Positions 59,211 to 64,000 of a stretch of 64,000 nt of DNA are shown piece by piece. The DNA lies in contig CAWFDF010000004.1 in the NCBI GenBank assembly GCA_963814585.1, forward strand, positions 224,001-288,000, written 5' to 3'. Position 1 is the stretch's first letter, and every line of letters begins with the position of its first letter. Position numbers and translations under genes: made by a program. The notes under the pieces were generated by a model, which saw only the letters and a list, made by a program, of their open reading frames with translations, had not been told where the DNA came from and ran no database searches. Source of the DNA: an uncultured delta proteobacterium. GTDB lineage: Bacteria; Myxococcota; Myxococcia; Myxococcales; Anaeromyxobacteraceae.

Positions 59211-60622
59211 GAGCCCCTCCCGCCCACCGTCAGGCTCGAGACCCGCACGGTGGGGAGCCCCTGGGACACCGGCACGCTCTGGCCGTCCTTGCCGCAGGTC
59301 CAGCCGCCCTCGTCGATCTCGAGGTCGTCCCCCACCATGTCCACCCGCTCCAGCGCCTTCGGGCCGTTGCCGATCACGTTCACGTCCTTCACCGGCCTGG
59401 TCAGCTTGCCGTCCTCGATCAGGCAGCCGTTCTTCACGTAGAAGGTGAAGTCGCCGCCGCCGATGTGGACCTGCCCGTTGGAGAAGTTCTCGCAGTAGAG
59501 GCCCCGCTTCACGCTGGCGATGATCTCGTCGGGGTGGTGCGGCCCGGGGAGCATGTAGGTGGCGCGCATGCGCGGCAGCGGCGGGAAGCGGTAGCTCTGC
59601 CGCCGTCCGTTGCCGGTGGGGGCGACGCCGTAGTGGCGCGCCGAGATGGCGTCGTGGAGGTAGGAGGTGAGCACGCCGTCCTGCACCAGCACCGTGCGGC
59701 CGGCGTCGTTCCCCTCGTCGTCGACGTTGATGGCGCCTCGGGCGCCGGGGAGGGTGGCGTCGTCGACGATGCTGACGAAGGGCGGCGCGATCACCTGGCC
59801 CATCCTGTCGGCGTAGATGCTGGTCCCCTTGCGGTTGAAGTCGGCCTCCATGCCGTGGCCGATGGCCTCGTGGAGCAGGATGCCGGAGGAGCCGGCCGCC
59901 AGCACCACCGGCATGTCGCCGGCCGGCGGGGGACCGGCCTCGAAGAGGATGGTGGTCCGGTCGATGGCCTGGCGCACCAGGCGATCGAGCCGGTCCGCCG
60001 TGTAGAACTCCAGCCCGGCGCGGCCGGCCAGGTTGTAGCCGTTCTGCTCGCGCCGGCCGTCCTGCTCCGCCACCACCGAGATGGAGAGGACGGTCATGGG
60101 CTGCCGGTCCTCGGCCAGCCGGCCCTGCGAGTCGGCGATGAGGATGGTGCTGCTCTCGCTGCGCAGGTGGAGGTTGACCTTCTTGACGCGAGGATCGGCC
60201 GCGAAGGCCCGCTCGTTGAGCCTCGACAGCAGGGGCCGCCGCTCCCCGGGCGTCACCTGCTCCCAGGCGCGGCGGAGCGGGTAGCGGTCGGGGCGCGCCG
60301 TGCCGACGTGGAGCGCGGTGGGGGCGGCCCGGGCCGGGCCGTCGGCGATGGCCGCGGCGGTGCGGGCGCACTCGAGCATGGCCGGCGCGGTGAGGTCCTC
60401 GGTGTAGCCGTAGCCGGTCTGGTCGCCGCGGACCACCCGCACGCCGACCCCGAGCGAGACGCCGGCGTGGGCGCGGTTCACCTCGCCGTCCTCGAGCCCC
60501 ATGTCGGAGGCGACGGCGTGCTGGAAGTAGAGGTCGGCGAGGTCGCCCCCGCGCGACAGGGCGGCGGCCAGCGTCTCGCGGATCATCCGCTCGGTGACCC
60601 CGAAGCGGTCGAAGGAGTTCAT
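59207..60622 (-). CDS. tldD: TldD metalloprotease
   Basis: LLHEAIGHGMEADFNRKG, DDEG, TGNGRRQSY, PRM, CGKDGQSVPV. Confidence 0.93.
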   Translation of the reverse strand: MNSFDRFGVTERMIRETLAAALSRGGDLADLYFQHAVASDMGLEDGEVNRAHAGVSLGVGVRVVRGDQTGYGYTEDLTAPAMLECARTAAAIADGPARAAPTALHVGTARPDRYPLRRAWEQVTPGERRPLLSRLNERAFAADPRVKKVNLHLRSESSTILIADSQGRLAEDRQPMTVLSISVVAEQDGRREQNGYNLAGRAGLEFYTADRLDRLVRQAIDRTTILFEAGPPPAGDMPVVLAAGSSGILLHEAIGHGMEADFNRKGTSIYADRMGQVIAPPFVSIVDDATLPGARGAINVDDEGNDAGRTVLVQDGVLTSYLHDAISARHYGVAPTGNGRRQSYRFPPLPRMRATYMLPGPHHPDEIIASVKRGLYCENFSNGQVHIGGGDFTFYVKNGCLIEDGKLTRPVKDVNVIGNGPKALERVDMVGDDLEIDEGGWTCGKDGQSVPVSQGLPTVRVSSLTVGGRGS

Positions 60623-60677
60623 CCCCCTGTCATAAGGGGTGTCGGCTCCGGACGCGAGAAGTGCTAACCATCGATCC

Positions 60678-61469
60678 ATGCCCACCGCCTCCTTGAACGG
60701 GACCGAGCTCCACTGGCGCGACTCCGGACGTGGCCCGCGCGCCGTCCTCCTGCTCCACGCCTTCCCCCTCCACTCCGGCATGTGGAGCCGGCAGATCGAG
60801 GCGCTGGGCGCCACCCACCGGGTCATCGCGCCGGACTACCGGGGCCTCGGCGGCACCGGCGGCTCGCCCGAGCCCTCGACCATGGCGCTGCTGGCCGGCG
60901 ACGTGCGGGCGCTGCTCGGCCACCTGCGGATCGAGCGGGCCGCGGTGGTCGGCCTCTCCATGGGCGGTTACCTCGCCCTCGAGCTCTGGCGGCAGGCGCC
61001 CGGCCTCTTCACCGGGCTGGCCCTCTGCGACACCAAGGCGGGCGCCGACACCGCCGAGGGGGCGGCGGGTCGCGAGGCCTTCGCGAGGAGCGCGCTGACC
61101 CAGGGGCTCCACTGGGTGGCCGAGCAGATGGTGCCCAGGCTGCTCAAGCCCTCGCCCGACGCCGCCGCGGTGGCCGAGGTGCGCACCCTCATCGGCGGTG
61201 GGACGCCGGTGGGCGTGGCGGCGGCCCAGCGCGGGATGGCCCTCCGCCCCGACTCCGGCCCGACCCTCGGCACCATCACCTGCCCGGCGCTGGTGGTGGT
61301 TGGCGAGGAGGACGGCCTGACGCCTCCGCCCGAGGCCGAGAGGCTGGCCGCCGGGATCCGCGGAGCCCGGCTGGCGCGCGTCCAGGGGGCCGGCCACCTC
61401 CCCAACATCGAGCAGCCGGCCGCCTTCAACGAGGTGCTGACCCGCTTCGTGGCGGGGCTGCCCTCTTGA
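60678..61469 (+). CDS. Alpha/beta hydrolase (PcaD-like fold)
   Basis: LLHAFP, PDYRG, GLSMGG, GEED, AGHLPNIE. Confidence 0.92.
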   Translation: MPTASLNGTELHWRDSGRGPRAVLLLHAFPLHSGMWSRQIEALGATHRVIAPDYRGLGGTGGSPEPSTMALLAGDVRALLGHLRIERAAVVGLSMGGYLALELWRQAPGLFTGLALCDTKAGADTAEGAAGREAFARSALTQGLHWVAEQMVPRLLKPSPDAAAVAEVRTLIGGGTPVGVAAAQRGMALRPDSGPTLGTITCPALVVVGEEDGLTPPPEAERLAAGIRGARLARVQGAGHLPNIEQPAAFNEVLTRFVAGLPS

Positions 61470-62260
61470 GCCGTCGCCGGCCCAGGGCGCGGAGCGGCGC
61501 CGCCGCGGGGTTGCCGCCGATCTACGAGGGGCCGGAGGCGCTCACCGCGCTGCTGGCGCGCGCCGGGGCCGCCCTCACCGCCGAGGAGGTGGCGGCCCGC
61601 TTCACGGCGGCGCAGTCGGCCGGCGAGCCGCGCGCCGTGGTCATCCCCACGCTCTTCGAGGACGAGCCGCGCTTCGGCTCCCCCGACGAGGCGCGCCGGC
61701 TCTACGGGAACCTCTTCGGCCTCTGGGAGCGGCTGGCCGCCGGGCGCGGCCCGCACGACGACGCGCCCGAGGTGGTGCCCGAGCCGCCGCCGCTGGCGCC
61801 GCTGCCGCCGCGCGGCGAGGTCGCCGGTGGGGAGCTGCCGCCGGCGCTGGTGGAGGCCGCCTGGCGCTGGCTGGCGGCGGCGCCACCGCGCCAGGTCAAC
61901 CGGCTCCGGGATCGGTTCGCCAACGTCCAGCCCGACCTGGCGGCCTGGCTCGACACCGTGGCGCTCCCGGCAAGCGGCCTGCTGGCCGCCACCGATCTCT
62001 GCTTCGAGGGCTGGGTGATGTTCGACCTCGCCTTCGGCGACCGGCTCGACGTGGTGGCGTGGGCCTCCATCCGCGAGCTCGCCACCGAGCCACCCGCGCT
62101 GGAGACGACGCAGCCGGCCCTCGCCAGCTACGCCGCGGAGCAGCTCGACCTGCTGGAGGGCGAGGACCCGGCCTTCACGGCGGAGGCGCGCGCCCAGGTG
62201 GAGCGGGTGGTCTCGGCCGTGGTGGCCGCCCTCTCCGGCGCGCTGCGGCTGCCGTCGTAG
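61466..62260 (+). CDS. Hypothetical protein
   Basis: GC3-rich open frame with protein-like composition; TTGA overlap with the upstream hydrolase stop; start uncertain. Confidence 0.65.
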   Translation: MSRRRPRARSGAAAGLPPIYEGPEALTALLARAGAALTAEEVAARFTAAQSAGEPRAVVIPTLFEDEPRFGSPDEARRLYGNLFGLWERLAAGRGPHDDAPEVVPEPPPLAPLPPRGEVAGGELPPALVEAAWRWLAAAPPRQVNRLRDRFANVQPDLAAWLDTVALPASGLLAATDLCFEGWVMFDLAFGDRLDVVAWASIRELATEPPALETTQPALASYAAEQLDLLEGEDPAFTAEARAQVERVVSAVVAALSGALRLPS

Positions 62261-62275
62261 CTTCCCGGCGCGGCC

Positions 62276-62881
62276 CTAGAAGGACGGCGGCGTGCAGGCG
62301 CTGACGATGGTGCAGACCTCGCCGCCCAGGTTGCGGAAGCGGTGGGGGATCCGGCTCGAGAAGGCGTAGGCGTCGCCGGCCCGCAGCAGGCGGGTCTCCA
62401 TCCCCACCGTCAGCTCGATCTCGCCGCCGACCACCACCCCGCCCTCCTCGCCGTCGTGCCGCAGCATGGCCGCGCCGGTGTCGGCGCCGGGCTGGAGCCG
62501 CTCGTGGAGGAGCTGCAGCGCCTTCCCCTCCAGGTTGGCGCCGACCTGCCGGTAGGAGATCAGTCCTCCGCCAATCTCCACGAGGTCGCTGGCGCGGAAG
62601 AAGGTCCGGGGCGGCCCGGGCCGCCCCGCCGCGAAGAACTCCGCCAGCGACATGGGGATGCCGTCCAGGATCTTCTTGAGCGTCGCCACCGATGGGCTGC
62701 TCCGGTTCTTCTCGATGAGGGAGATCATGCCGTTGGTGACGTCGGCGCGAGCCGCCAGGGCCCGCTGCGAGAGGCCGAGGCGCTCCCGGATCTCCCGCAG
62801 CCGCTCCCCGATGTCGAACCGGTCGGGGGCGGCCGGCACGGCGTCGGCCGGGACGGCGGGACGGGGCTTCCTCGGGTTCAT
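62276..62881 (-). CDS. XRE-HTH plus cupin regulator (PuuR/PauR-like)
   Basis: IGERLREIRERLGLSQRALA...ISLIEKNRSSPSV...GIPMSLAEFF, HDGEEGG, PHRFRN, SACTPPSF. Confidence 0.88.
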   Translation of the reverse strand: MNPRKPRPAVPADAVPAAPDRFDIGERLREIRERLGLSQRALAARADVTNGMISLIEKNRSSPSVATLKKILDGIPMSLAEFFAAGRPGPPRTFFRASDLVEIGGGLISYRQVGANLEGKALQLLHERLQPGADTGAAMLRHDGEEGGVVVGGEIELTVGMETRLLRAGDAYAFSSRIPHRFRNLGGEVCTIVSACTPPSF

Positions 62882-62939
62882 GGGGCTCCTCTTCGGGTCT
62901 GGGTCATCCGTCCCTCATATTCACCACTCTGACGCCTCT

Positions 62940-62957
62940 TGCTTAATATACTAAACA
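62940..62957. promoter_or_regulatory. Candidate operator of the PuuR-like repressor
   Basis: AT-rich imperfect palindrome TGCTTAATA-TACTAAACA (7 of 9 pairs) between divergent genes in otherwise very GC-rich DNA. Confidence 0.55.
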
Positions 62958-63014
62958 TTGGTAGGGAAGGCGAGCCAGGACACACCCCCACCTCCGGAAA
63001 GCGCAGGGACGATC

Positions 63015-64000
<986 letters not shown>

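Overview
Very GC-rich chromosomal window from a myxobacterium, most likely Anaeromyxobacter-like (inferred from a pomY-pomZ-pomX locus, PEGA/TPR proteins and codon usage). The left arm holds housekeeping genes: recA 3' end, a LETM1-like gene, fur, dacB, ssb, grx, an EVE protein, radC, an ArsR-dioxygenase-YceI operon, dapC-dapD-dapE (dapC carries a 1-bp frameshift), sthA, pomYZX, an MFS transporter, pcm and a PAP2/E2-like acyltransferase pair. The centre (about 24.8-45.3 kb) is a polyamine/GABA uptake and catabolism island: a YdcSTUV-like ABC transporter, an uncharacterised class III aminotransferase, putrescine aminotransferase, a PAS-AAA+ sigma54 activator, gabD-gdh-gabT, potFGHI and a DUF3138-like porin. 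Each of its three operons has a sigma54 -24/-12 promoter and an upstream CATGC-N6-GCAT palindrome. The island is bracketed by two inverted copies of a highly structured ~165-bp non-coding element, with a degenerate third copy near 52.0 kb. The right arm holds an HD-GYP protein, PfpI, an RND pump, a CNNM/PEGA/lipoprotein cluster, TldD/PmbA, hydrolases and a PuuR/PauR-like regulator divergent from mmsA (truncated by the window). I found no rRNA, tRNA, CRISPR array, integrase or transposase.
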